Assembly (NCBI GenBank): GCA_963664225.1
Contig: OY760937.1
Coordinates: 2,880,001 to 2,944,000 of the forward strand
DNA: 64,000 bases
From: Verrucomicrobiia bacterium
GTDB lineage: Bacteria; Verrucomicrobiota; Verrucomicrobiia; Limisphaerales; UBA1319
Direction: 5' to 3'
Shown piece by piece: positions 19,671-29,334 of this stretch. The translations under genes were made by a program, and so were the position numbers. Position 1 is the stretch's first letter; every line of letters starts with the position of its first letter. The notes below the pieces were generated by a model. It worked only from the letters and a program-made list of their open reading frames with translations. It ran no database searches and was not told where the DNA came from.

Positions 19671-21626
19671 TCACTTCCCGAACAACTGCGGCAACAGCGT
19701 CGTCAGCGGCGGAACATATGTGATGAGCAGCACGCCGACAAACTGCACGCCCAGCATGGGCAGAACCGCGCGCATGACCTCTCCCATGGGCTTGTTAAAA
19801 CGGTAGGATGCCAGCAGCAGGTTCAGTCCGACCGGCGGGGCAAGAAACCCGAGTTCCATATTCGCCAGGAAAATGATCCCCAGGTGAACTGGATTGATCC
19901 CAAACGCCAGCCCAAGGGGCACCAACAAAGGCACCACCACCACAATGGCCGCGTAAATCTCGATCAACCCGCCCACGAACAGCAAAACCACGTTCAATCC
20001 CAACAGGAACAGCCATTTGGATTTGATCGTGGCCGTTGCCCATGCCACCGCCTGATCGGGTACCTGGGCATCCACCAAATATTGAGTGAAGCCGAGCGCT
20101 ACACCGAGAATCAACAACACCCCTCCCACCAGCAATCCGCAATCCGTCACCACCTCTACCACGGTCTTGGGGCGAGCTTCCGTCACTGCGGATTCTGACA
20201 GGTGAGGGTCCCGCTCAGTTCCAGTTGGCGGGCAGGATCCCCAACCAAAGATCTTCAAGTCGCGATAGACAACCGTTTCCACCAGAAAAGCATAAAAAGC
20301 TGTCAGTGCCGCAGCTTCAACGGGCGTGGCGAATCCACCGAACAAGGCGACCAAGGCGACCACCGGAAGCAGCAGCTCCCACTTGGCCAGCCACACCGCA
20401 ACCAACGCCTCGCGAACATCAAACCGTTTCAGGTTTTTTTCCAGTTTGGGTCCTGCCGCCACGCCCCACCAGATGGCGAGCGCCACCATCACGAAGCCGG
20501 GTAACAGGCCGCCAAGAAACATCTGTTGGATGGTGACGTCGGCCCTCGCTTGCGACGCAATGATCGCATACAAAATCAGCGGCAGACACGGTGGAAACAG
20601 AATCCCGAGCGAGCTGGCGCCCGTCAGCAATCCGAGCGCGGTCCGTTCCCGGTATTTCGCACCGATCAAGACCGGCATCAGCACGCCGCCCAGCGCGAGA
20701 ATGGTCACACCCGATCCGCCGGTAAACGATGTGAAGAAAGCGCACATCAGCGCTGTCACGATGGCCGGACCGCCGCGGATATGACCGAACAACGCATTGA
20801 ACACACGCACGAGTCGTTTGGATGCGCCTCCCTCGGCCAGAAAGTATCCAGCCAGGGTAAACAGCGGCAGCGTCGGCAGGGATGGATTAACCACCAGGCT
20901 GTAGTGTGACAGAGGCACGGCCGCGATGGGAGTCCCTTCGCCCCAAAACAGAATGAGCGCCGCGCCGCCCAGGATGGTAAACACCGGCGCCCCCAGCACA
21001 GTGGCCAGCAACAGAATTCCCAGCGCCGGCCACTTCAATTGGGCGGGCGACCCCGGCAACCAGACCGCCGCAGCAATAAACGCGCCTGTTAAAATCATCG
21101 CCATGGTGCGACCTGACCACGTCTTTGAGGCTTTCCATATCAGCCTCAACGCGATCAGGCTAAAACCCAGCGGCAGCAACATTTCCACGTACCAAGTCTT
21201 GATGCCATAAGCAATGACATGGCCGGAGGGGATCTCAGACTGGACAAACAGCAAGCTTGCCACGGAGAGAAAGACCGACACTGTCGCCGCAAACGATTGG
21301 CTGAAGATGGTCACCACCGTTTTCAAACGGCCGTGCAGATTGGTGGTTAAAGCGGATAGCGCCAGCAATCGTCCGTCCCGGGCCGCAACGGCTCCGCCCA
21401 GCATGCCAACGATCAGGGTGAATTGCTGGACGATCTCTGTCGCGCCAGAGATTCCGGCATGCGACATCTTGCGCAGCACGCTCTCCAACACCGGCATCAT
21501 CATCATCGCCAGCAGCGCCAGGGTTACACCAAGGTTCTCGACGTTGCGTAGCCAGCGGACAATTCTCCACGTCCCGGGCCTGCCATTTTCCAGCGGCGCA
21601 AGTTCGGCAGACAACGGATCAGTCAT
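19671..21626 (-). CDS. Fused TRAP transporter permease DctQ-DctM
   Basis: N-terminal 4-TM DctQ-like part; DctM motifs LPLFTLAG, TGGSGVTILALG, FPPCLPLILY, ATPVEAA, PVHLGIIF, PPVGLNL. Confidence 0.92.
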   Translation of the reverse strand: MTDPLSAELAPLENGRPGTWRIVRWLRNVENLGVTLALLAMMMMPVLESVLRKMSHAGISGATEIVQQFTLIVGMLGGAVAARDGRLLALSALTTNLHGRLKTVVTIFSQSFAATVSVFLSVASLLFVQSEIPSGHVIAYGIKTWYVEMLLPLGFSLIALRLIWKASKTWSGRTMAMILTGAFIAAAVWLPGSPAQLKWPALGILLLATVLGAPVFTILGGAALILFWGEGTPIAAVPLSHYSLVVNPSLPTLPLFTLAGYFLAEGGASKRLVRVFNALFGHIRGGPAIVTALMCAFFTSFTGGSGVTILALGGVLMPVLIGAKYRERTALGLLTGASSLGILFPPCLPLILYAIIASQARADVTIQQMFLGGLLPGFVMVALAIWWGVAAGPKLEKNLKRFDVREALVAVWLAKWELLLPVVALVALFGGFATPVEAAALTAFYAFLVETVVYRDLKIFGWGSCPPTGTERDPHLSESAVTEARPKTVVEVVTDCGLLVGGVLLILGVALGFTQYLVDAQVPDQAVAWATATIKSKWLFLLGLNVVLLFVGGLIEIYAAIVVVVPLLVPLGLAFGINPVHLGIIFLANMELGFLAPPVGLNLLLASYRFNKPMGEVMRAVLPMLGVQFVGVLLITYVPPLTTLLPQLFGK

Positions 21627-22256
21627 TGTATGAAGTCGTTTGCCGTGTGATGGTGCGGGTCCAGGCAGTCCGTGCCGCGCGAAAACCCGTCGCCAGGATT
21701 TGGCAGGTGTCCGGCATTAAGCCCGACACCGGTCAGGAAGAACTGCTTTTGCACCGTATTCATATCGGACGATTATAGTCACCCGGCGCCGGTGGCAGGC
21801 AAGCTTATTGAGCATTGCCTTTTGGACCGTTCCAAACACACAGGATCGTGGCTTCCGGCGGCCACTACCAAATGAAGACGCCCAAATATTTTGAAAATCC
21901 ATGCCTTCCCGTTTTTCGCCTGCCATCGTGCGCAGTTTTGGCAGGCGTGACATTGTTTTGGGATTAAAGCGCTTCGTATTCCCGCTAAAACCGGGCATCG
22001 GTTTTTCAATTTGCAGTGCAGTGCAGAAAAGCGGAGCAAAGTGCGTGCGCAATCTTGAAATTGACATGCTCCTGGTTGGATGGTTTTTCATTGCATGGGT
22101 TCAAAAGTGAGCCGGTCTTCTGGGACCGGGCCATCTTCTGCATGGGTCAGTGCTCCGATTCTTCAGGAATTTCCGGGATGCCAGGATCATCCAGGATTTT
22201 CACAGCTCTCCCGTATTATATTGACACGTCAATCCGTATCTGACATGATGATGATC

Positions 22257-23507
22257 ATGGATCAAAAACAATTCCCTGTTTGTTTTAGGAAAACCACCGA
22301 TGCCATAAGACACCTGCTCGTTCTCCTGCTGTTGATGCTGGCGCTCCCCGCCGCGCTCCCCGCCGCGCTCCCCGCCGCGCTCCCCGCCGCGCTCCAGGCC
22401 CAATTCAACTACACCACCAACAACGGCGCGATCACCATCACGCGATATAATGGTCCAGGCGGCGCGGTCACCATTCCGGAAACCATCGACGGCCTGCCGG
22501 TCACCAGCATTGGATTCCAGGCGTTCTGCTGGTGGGGCAACCTGACCGACGTCACGATTCCCAATAGCGTGACAAACATTGGTGTGCAGGTTTTCTCCTA
22601 TTGCACCAACCTCTCCAGTCTTACCATCCCCAACGGAGTCGTCTCCATCGGCGACGGCGCGCTCAGTGGTTGCTCTCGCATGACCACCATCACGATTCCG
22701 GACAGTGTCGTCACTCTTGGAGATACAATGTTCCGTGACTGCCGTGGCCTCACGAACATCACCATGGGCCGGAGCGTCACCAATCTCACGACGGGAATGT
22801 TTACGGCATGCACAGGCCTGAAGACCATTACGGTGAATGACCTCAACGCAGCGTATTGCAGCATCGAAGGTGTGTTGTTTAACAAGAGCCGGACAACGCT
22901 CATCCAATATCCAAACGGAAGAATTGGCGGCTACGCGATTCCTGAAGGCGTCACCAACCTCGATGCGGCATTCTCCAATTGTGCGAATCTGACCGATATA
23001 GCGATCCCCAAAGGTGTCATCAGTATTGGCGATTACGCGTTCTATGGCTGCCCCGGCCTGCGCGGCGTCATCATCCCGGAGAGCGTTGCCAGCATCGGCA
23101 GTTTTGCGTTCTATAACTGCGAGAATTTGTATGAGTTTTATTTTGCCGGGAACGCACCCAGCGTTGGGGCGTCGGTCTTCCTTGAATACAATATCACTTT
23201 TTATCGGACCGTTAATGCCACCGGATGGGACCCGACATTCTGCGGTCGTGTGACCAAGTATTGGGATCCGGCGTATTGGAATCCGCAGCCTCCTGTGCGT
23301 CCCGGCTTTATTGTCGAACCGACCTGCTTTGGGTTCCCCATCCCAGGCACCAACGGCGCGAACGCCGTGGTGGAGGCCTGCACAAACATCGTCAATCCCG
23401 TTTGGATTCCGGTGGGAACCATATCTTTCAGCGGCAGCAACTACATTTTCATCGACAACGAATGGACGAATTATCGCGGCCGTTTCTACCGCATTATCAA
23501 CCCATGA
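22257..23507 (+). CDS. BspA-type leucine-rich-repeat (LRR_5) surface protein
   Basis: Repeats IPNSVTNIG..AF..C..L. Start chosen because TTGACA(22221)-17 nt-CATGAT(22244) lies just upstream. Confidence 0.88.
   Translation: MDQKQFPVCFRKTTDAIRHLLVLLLLMLALPAALPAALPAALPAALQAQFNYTTNNGAITITRYNGPGGAVTIPETIDGLPVTSIGFQAFCWWGNLTDVTIPNSVTNIGVQVFSYCTNLSSLTIPNGVVSIGDGALSGCSRMTTITIPDSVVTLGDTMFRDCRGLTNITMGRSVTNLTTGMFTACTGLKTITVNDLNAAYCSIEGVLFNKSRTTLIQYPNGRIGGYAIPEGVTNLDAAFSNCANLTDIAIPKGVISIGDYAFYGCPGLRGVIIPESVASIGSFAFYNCENLYEFYFAGNAPSVGASVFLEYNITFYRTVNATGWDPTFCGRVTKYWDPAYWNPQPPVRPGFIVEPTCFGFPIPGTNGANAVVEACTNIVNPVWIPVGTISFSGSNYIFIDNEWTNYRGRFYRIINP
22341..22395 (+). repeat. In-frame 12-bp tandem repeat (GCGCTCCCCGCC x4 plus partial) encoding ALPA in the signal peptide
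   Basis: Exact units at 22341, 22353, 22365 and 22377, then a 7-bp partial at 22389. Confidence 0.95.
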
Positions 23508-23580
23508 CCCGCGTTTGAAACGCCTTCCTTGATCGGAGAGAATACAAGGGTTTGACAAATTTTATCGGCCGGTAACCGGA

Positions 23581-23654
23581 CGCCGCATGAGGTCACGCGG
23601 CCTGCAATATTACCGCACGCGCCTGCTTGTCGGCCCGTTGCCCTCACCGGGCGT
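23581..23654. repeat. Degenerate inverted pair of REP-like hairpins
   Basis: CGCCGCATGAGGTCACGCGGCCTGCA and TGTCGGCCCGTTGCCCTCACCGGGCG: GC hairpins each carrying a GTAG-like foot (GCAG/GTCG), intergenic between convergent genes. Confidence 0.45.
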
Positions 23655-23923
23655 CTTCCATGTCTTCGCCCGCTTGTCGCTTTTGCCCATCGTCCTGAGT
23701 CCAGAACTAACTCATGCCATGGGCGAATCCTTTTCTGAGCCGCGATTAAAACGTCTTTCTGGAATGGAATGTCAACATTCGGCGAGCAACAGTGACCCAT
23801 TTCAAACGGTGACAAATTGTCACCGACTGACGACCGCCATTATTTGACGGCCCTTTTCAACACTCTTCCCTGTTCTGATTACACCGCCAAACGGTGGCAG
23901 GCCAGGTAAGGAAGTTGTTCGGA

Positions 23924-25252
23924 TCAATGCGTCGCAGCAAGGAAGTCCGCCGCCAGAAAGGCCAGCGTCCTGGTGCCAACGACCAGCGCGCTTTCGTCCA
24001 CAAAGAAAAGCGGGCTGTGGTTTGGAGCAGCCTTGGACGGATCCTGATCTCCGGGGGTGACGCCGAGGTAAACATAGAGGGATGGAACCACCTTGGCGAT
24101 TTCGGAAAAGTCTTCGGATGCGCCGCTCAGCCGGCCCATGGCCACATGGCCGTCCGCCGCCCGTTCCAACACTGGAAGCATTCGTTCCGTGAGTTTTTCG
24201 TCATTCACCACCGGATCGTAGTTCTTCACGATCGAGACCTCGGCCCTGGCCCCCGCGCTTTCGGCTATTTTTTTGGCAACCAGTTTCGTATCCCGCTGCA
24301 CTTGCTCGCGGACCCCTTGATCGTAGGTCCGGATGGTTCCTGTCATGCGCACCGATTCGGGCACGATATTATTTCGCGAGCCCCCGTTGATCGTCCCGAT
24401 CGTCACCACAACGGGCGAGGCCGTAAGGTCGGCTTTGCGGCTCACCACGGTTTGGAGGCCCGAGATCAGCAGGGCCGAAGTTGTAATGGGATCGGTGGTG
24501 TTCCAGGGCATGCCACCGTGACCCTGGTTGCCGATAACGGTAATGGTGAGCGTATCGCTGGCCGCAAGCGCTGCGCCGGGACGGTAGGAAATCTCACCTG
24601 AATGACCGGGCATGACATGCACCGCGAATGCAGCGTCCGGTTTCAACGGTTCAAACAGCCCCTCCTGCAGCATGAGCCGGGCTCCCCAGCTTTTGGCCTC
24701 GGTCGGCTCGAACAAACTGGGCCCCTCTTCGGCCGGTTGGAAAATGAACAGCACCGTGCCAGGCAATTGCTCTTTCAGCCCTGCCAGAACCTCCGCGGCC
24801 CCCATCAGCATGGCGGTGTGCGCGTCGTGTCCGCACGCGTGCATCACATCCCCCTCTCTTCCGAGATACGGCTGTCTGGCTTTGGACGCAAAGGGCAGCC
24901 CTTCCGGTTCTTTGACGGGCAGCGCATCCATGTCCGCCCTGAGGGCGACTGTGCGTCCCGCCTTCCCGCCCCGGAGCACCCCGAGCACCCCGGTGTGGGC
25001 GACATTTGTGCGGACTTCCATGCCCAGGCTGAGCAAATGCCCGGCCACAATCCGGGAGGTGCGAAGTTCCTGCTCCCCAAGTTCGGGGTGCTGATGGATG
25101 TCTTCTCGCCAGCCAATGACTTTCTTTTCGAGGGCGGCGGACCGGGCCCGGATTTCTGCTTCGAGAGCGTTGTCGTCGGCTGCCGCGGCAGGTGGTGGAA
25201 CCAGACAAGCCAGCAATGCCACAATCAGGAGGGATGCAGATGCGCTTTTCAT
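23924..25252 (-). CDS. M20D-family amidohydrolase, secreted
   Basis: IHQHPEL, ALRADMDALP, MHACGHDAH, FQPAEEG, GHG, SEDFS, PNHSP. Confidence 0.95.
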   Translation of the reverse strand: MKSASASLLIVALLACLVPPPAAAADDNALEAEIRARSAALEKKVIGWREDIHQHPELGEQELRTSRIVAGHLLSLGMEVRTNVAHTGVLGVLRGGKAGRTVALRADMDALPVKEPEGLPFASKARQPYLGREGDVMHACGHDAHTAMLMGAAEVLAGLKEQLPGTVLFIFQPAEEGPSLFEPTEAKSWGARLMLQEGLFEPLKPDAAFAVHVMPGHSGEISYRPGAALAASDTLTITVIGNQGHGGMPWNTTDPITTSALLISGLQTVVSRKADLTASPVVVTIGTINGGSRNNIVPESVRMTGTIRTYDQGVREQVQRDTKLVAKKIAESAGARAEVSIVKNYDPVVNDEKLTERMLPVLERAADGHVAMGRLSGASEDFSEIAKVVPSLYVYLGVTPGDQDPSKAAPNHSPLFFVDESALVVGTRTLAFLAADFLAATH

Positions 25253-25602
25253 GTTCGTCCTTGGAAGTGTTTTAAAAACAATCTCGCAACTCGTTATCTA
25301 CTTTAGCACAACCAACGGGTTGTCGTGCCCCAAAAAGAAGGACGGTCCGCATCCCGGGTGCGGGACAAAACTCAGGAAACCGGTGAAAGCCTGAACCGCT
25401 CGAACCCAGCCAGGACGCCAATCGGCGGTGTGCGCCATTAAGTCCGGCGCGTTGGCATCCTCCAAACCGTCCAGTAAACCCAGGGTAAGCACCCTAGTGC
25501 GCCGCCCTGGGTAAACCGTCCACACAATAGAAACCCCATGATTACTTGCCGGCCATATTTTGATTCCCAATGCCTGTGTACTGCAGTAAACCATCATGAA
25601 TC

Positions 25603-25956
25603 ATGAACACCTTCGACATCGCTATCATTGCCGTCGGGATCTTTGGCCTGGTGATATGGATTCGAGGAGGTCGTCGGCGTTCCATCAGCGACTGCGTTCT
25701 TGGATTGGTGTTGGGCGTTGTGGCGAGCGCCCTCTATTTCTTCCTCTTCAGCCTCACACGCACGGCCTGGCCCCGCATCCCGGCAGGAATGCCAGCGCCG
25801 ACAATATCACACGACAAGACACCCATGAACATGGTTTTGGACCTTTTGAAACCCGTAGGGTTTACAGATATTAGCCGGTGTGTTGAGCGAAGCGATACCA
25901 CCGGTTTACGAACCCTCAACGATTCTCCCCGCATCCCGGAGGGATGCCAGCGCTGA
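25603..25956 (+). CDS. Small two-TM membrane protein whose 3' half is read through REP-like repeats
   Basis: Two hydrophobic helices in the first ~55 aa; the sequence from 25771 onward is repeat-derived. Confidence 0.4.
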   Translation: MNTFDIAIIAVGIFGLVIWIRGGRRRSISDCVLGLVLGVVASALYFFLFSLTRTAWPRIPAGMPAPTISHDKTPMNMVLDLLKPVGFTDISRCVERSDTTGLRTLNDSPRIPEGCQR

Positions 25957-26758
25957 CATCATGGGCTCAACTTACCTGAGTTTGCATTACCACATCGTAT
26001 TCTCCACGAAGAACCGGGAGAATCTGATCGCGCCGGCGTGGGGTTCCCGGCTTCACGAATATCTTGGAGGGACGATTCGTGGTCTTGAGGGGATTCCGCA
26101 ATGCATCGGAGGTGCGCGCGATCATGTGCATATTCTCGCGGGGTTGAGCGCCAGGCATGCGCTGTCTGATTTCATGCGCGAATTGAAAAAGGCCTCTTCA
26201 AGCTGGGTTCATCAGGAGATGGCATTGAAATCGTTCGCGTGGCAGGAGGGTTATTCCGCCTTTACGGTCAGCGCTACCGCACGCGATGCAGTGCGGACCT
26301 ATATTACCAAACAAGAGGAACATCATCGGATAAAAACATTTCAGGAGGAATTGGTGGAGATGTTGAGTCGGGCGGGTGTTGAATATAATCCGAAGTATTT
26401 AGATTGAATGTTCTGCGACCCCTGCCGAGGTCGATCTTGGTTTTGCGATGGTTCCGGGGGTGTCGGTCGTCAGACGACCTTAACCCCCGGCTAATATCTA
26501 CAAACCCTCCGGGTTTGATTTTGGACGAAGGTTTCGTTCTGGTGGAATCTGCAAATCCTCCGGGTTTGAATCGGGACAAAAATGGGCCGACCGCACACTT
26601 TGAGTAAGCTGTTGAGAGGGATGTCCGGGGGGGTCGCGAAGGACGAATGTTGGGCATCCCGGCAGGGATGCAAGCGATTAGCCGGTGTGTTAAGCGAAGC
26701 GATACCACCGGTTTACGAACCCTCAACGATTCTCCCCGCATCCCGGCAGGGATGCCAG
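25771..26758. mobile_element. IS200/IS605-like (RAYT-type) locus: Y1 transposase flanked by clustered REP-like palindromes
   Basis: ~81-bp direct repeat at 25870-25950 and 26677-26758 (two differences); hairpins GCATCCCGG(C)AGG(G/A)ATGC at 25775, 25931, 26654 and 26738; an inverted related unit at ~26454-26518. Confidence 0.75.
25961..26407 (+). CDS. tnpA: IS200/IS605-family HUH tyrosine transposase (Y1_Tnp)
   Basis: YHIVFSTKNR, HUH motif DHVHIL, KKASSSW, FAWQEGY, catalytic YxxxQ (YITKQ). ATG at 25961; no tnpB. Confidence 0.93.
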   Translation: MGSTYLSLHYHIVFSTKNRENLIAPAWGSRLHEYLGGTIRGLEGIPQCIGGARDHVHILAGLSARHALSDFMRELKKASSSWVHQEMALKSFAWQEGYSAFTVSATARDAVRTYITKQEEHHRIKTFQEELVEMLSRAGVEYNPKYLD

Positions 26759-26820
26759 ATTGGACAGGCCGGGAGTCGAATTGAATTTGAATTCTCCCCC
26801 TAATGCGTTCACTTTGTTCG

Positions 26821-27966
26821 ATGCTCAGTCGGTCCGTTTATTTTGACTACAACGCCACCGCGCCACTGGATCCCCGGGTGCGGGAGGCGATGCTGCCGTT
26901 CTTGGACGGCATTTTCGGGAATCCCTCCAGCATGCACCGCGCCGGTCAACAGGCCCGGCTGGCCCTGGATGCCGCCCGCGATCGCGTCGGCCATGTCTGG
27001 CGCTGCAAACCCTCCGAGGTCGTCTTTACGAGCGGCGGCACGGAGAGCAACAACATGGCGATCTTCGGAGCCGCCCGCCGGATGAAATCCCGGGGCCGCC
27101 ACCTGATCACCTCCGCCATCGAGCATCATGCCGTGCTGAACTGTTTTGAATCCCTCGCCACCAAGGAGGGCTTTGAACTCACGATCCTGCCCGTCACCCG
27201 TGAGGGCCATGTCACCCTCGAATCCCTGGCCCACGCCTTGCGGCCCAATACCATCCTCGTCTCCGTCATGGCCGCCAATAACGAGACCGGCGCCTTGCAG
27301 TCCGTGGCGGAACTGGGCGCCCTCTGCCGCGAACGCGGTGTGTTGTTCCATACGGATGCCGCGCAATGGTTTGGGAAGGAACCCGTGGAATCCATCCACC
27401 AGTTCAATGCCGATCTGGTCTCATTTTGCGCGCATAAACTTTACGGCCCCAAGGGCATTGGCGCTTTATACGTCAAATCCGGTGTCGTGCTTGAACCGCT
27501 GATTCATGGCGGCGGCCACGAGAACGAACGCCGCGCCGGAACCGAGAACCTGGCGGCCATTGCCGGTCTGGCGGAGGTGATGGATCATTTCGTCCAGGTG
27601 CCGGTTTTTCCCAAAGAACGCCTGATGGTATTGACGGAGGGCTTCAGAAGCGCATTAATGAAGCTGCCGGGAGTGAATGTCGTGACGCCGCCGTCGCAGA
27701 GGTTGAGCAATACGGTGACGATAACGATACAGAAATGCGATAGTGCCACTGTTTTGGCCGGTTTGGACCTGGAAGGCATCTGCGCCTCCAGTGGTTCAGC
27801 CTGCACGGCGGGGTCGATTCAGCCGTCGCACGTTTTGAAGGCGATGGGCATTCAGGCGGAAGCCGTGGTCCGTTTCTCCCTGGGGAGGGATTCGACGCCT
27901 GCGGAGGCGGAGAGGGCGGTGAAGGCATTGGAGACGGTGATTAACCGGAACATAGGTGTCCAATAA
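26821..27966 (+). CDS. iscS: Cysteine desulfurase, IscS/NifS type
   Basis: YFDYNAT, FTSGGTESNN, HTDAAQ, AHKLYGPKG (PLP Lys), SSGSAC (catalytic Cys). Start 26803 or 26821. Confidence 0.92.
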   Translation: MLSRSVYFDYNATAPLDPRVREAMLPFLDGIFGNPSSMHRAGQQARLALDAARDRVGHVWRCKPSEVVFTSGGTESNNMAIFGAARRMKSRGRHLITSAIEHHAVLNCFESLATKEGFELTILPVTREGHVTLESLAHALRPNTILVSVMAANNETGALQSVAELGALCRERGVLFHTDAAQWFGKEPVESIHQFNADLVSFCAHKLYGPKGIGALYVKSGVVLEPLIHGGGHENERRAGTENLAAIAGLAEVMDHFVQVPVFPKERLMVLTEGFRSALMKLPGVNVVTPPSQRLSNTVTITIQKCDSATVLAGLDLEGICASSGSACTAGSIQPSHVLKAMGIQAEAVVRFSLGRDSTPAEAERAVKALETVINRNIGVQ

Positions 27967-27979
27967 GAGACCAACAAGG

Positions 27980-28170
27980 GGTGAACAACCGGGCTTGTGT
28001 GTGAATAACCCGGGTCATTCACAAATGGCCCTGGTCAATCCGTCGGGTTGCACACCGTTTGAAAAACGTCTAAGTGCCTGTCAGAGCCTTGACAGCGAAG
28101 AGTGCCTCTATTATTCACATCATATAATAATAAGAAGATATTGGTTAAAAGAAAGATTCATAGTAATCTG
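27980..28170. other. Candidate chromosomal replication origin (oriC)
   Basis: DnaA-box matches TGTGAATAA 28000-28008, TCATTCACA 28015-28023 and TTATTCACA 28111-28119; the last is followed directly by the AT-rich tract TCATATAATAATAAGAAGATATT; immediately upstream of dnaN. Confidence 0.65.
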
Positions 28171-28178
28171 AGCGCGCC

Positions 28179-29288
28179 ATGAAATTGACCATTCAAAAAG
28201 AGCAGCTTCTAAACGGCCTGCAAGCCGTGCAAAATATCGTGGTCGCCCGCACCACGCTCCCCGTGCTATCCAACGTTCTGTTGCGTGCGGAGGGAAACCG
28301 GCTCGAAATGACCACGACCAACCTGGACGTGACCATTTCCTGCTCTGTGGAGGCCACGGTGCTCAAGGCCGGATCGGCCACGGTGCCGGTGAAACGTTTC
28401 TTTGGCATCGCCCGCGAATTGCCGGCGGCGGAAATCCAGATTGAGTTTGATGAACGCAACGCCTGCAGCCTCCAGGCAGGCAGCGCCTTTTACAAAATCA
28501 ACGGATTGCCCGCGGAGGATTTCCCGCCATTGCCCCAGTTTGCCGAGGAGCGCAAAGTGATCCTGCCCCAGGACAAGGTGCGCGTGATGCTGCGCCGGAC
28601 CTCCTACGCCAGCTCCATGGACGAGGCCCGCTACGTGCTCAATGGCATTTTCTTCAGCATCAAGGAACACAAGATGACCCTCGTGGCCACGGACGGACGC
28701 CGCCTGGCGCTGGCCGAGGAGGATGTGGAAGTGCCCGCGGAGAATCAGGCCGAGTTCATCGTGCCCAGCAAGGCCATCAACGAACTGAACCGCCTGCTCC
28801 AGCCCGGTGGCGACATGGAGATCTCCAGCAAGGGCAACCAGGCCGCCTTCCGAATGAAGGACATCAAAGGCTTCACCACCCTGCTCATCACCAAATTGGT
28901 CGAAGGCAATTATCCCAATTACCGCCAAGTCATCCCCTCGGAGACCAAGGAGCGCGTCACGCTCGGTCGTGAGGAACTGCTGCAGGCGCTGCATCGCTCG
29001 GAATTCATGACCAGCGACAAGGCCAACTCGGTCAAACTCAATTTCACCACCAACAACCTGACCATCACCGCCAACGCGCAGGATGTGGGCGAAGGCCGCG
29101 AAAGCATTGCCGTCAATTACACCGGCAAGGACATCTCCATTGCGTTCAATCCGGGTTACATGATGGATCCGCTGCGCATTCTGGAGGCGGACGAGGTTTA
29201 TCTGGAGCTGTCCGATGAGCTCAGCCCCGGCCTGCTGAAGGTCAACGAGCCGTTCCTGTATGTGCTGATGCCCATGCGGACGAATTAG
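28179..29288 (+). CDS. dnaN: DNA polymerase III beta sliding clamp
   Basis: TTLPVLSNVLL, RYVLNG, VATDGRRLA, EGNYPNY, IAFNPGY, YVLMPMR. Confidence 0.98.
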   Translation: MKLTIQKEQLLNGLQAVQNIVVARTTLPVLSNVLLRAEGNRLEMTTTNLDVTISCSVEATVLKAGSATVPVKRFFGIARELPAAEIQIEFDERNACSLQAGSAFYKINGLPAEDFPPLPQFAEERKVILPQDKVRVMLRRTSYASSMDEARYVLNGIFFSIKEHKMTLVATDGRRLALAEEDVEVPAENQAEFIVPSKAINELNRLLQPGGDMEISSKGNQAAFRMKDIKGFTTLLITKLVEGNYPNYRQVIPSETKERVTLGREELLQALHRSEFMTSDKANSVKLNFTTNNLTITANAQDVGEGRESIAVNYTGKDISIAFNPGYMMDPLRILEADEVYLELSDELSPGLLKVNEPFLYVLMPMRTN

Positions 29289-29334
29289 AGGTCAGGCGTA
29301 AGACCGAGCAGACCACAAAAACATTGCAAACGCC

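Noticed and set aside
21627..22220. Long intergenic region as riboswitch or ncRNA
   Set aside because: No recognisable conserved motif by eye; an Rfam/Infernal scan would be needed.
25470..25515. ACCCAGGG...CCCTGGGT hairpin near the transposase
   Set aside because: Single degenerate copy; possibly another REP remnant but it cannot be tied to the element.
25771..26758. Repeats as CRISPR or integron attC sites
   Set aside because: Irregular spacing, mixed orientation, and association with a Y1 transposase rather than Cas or IntI.
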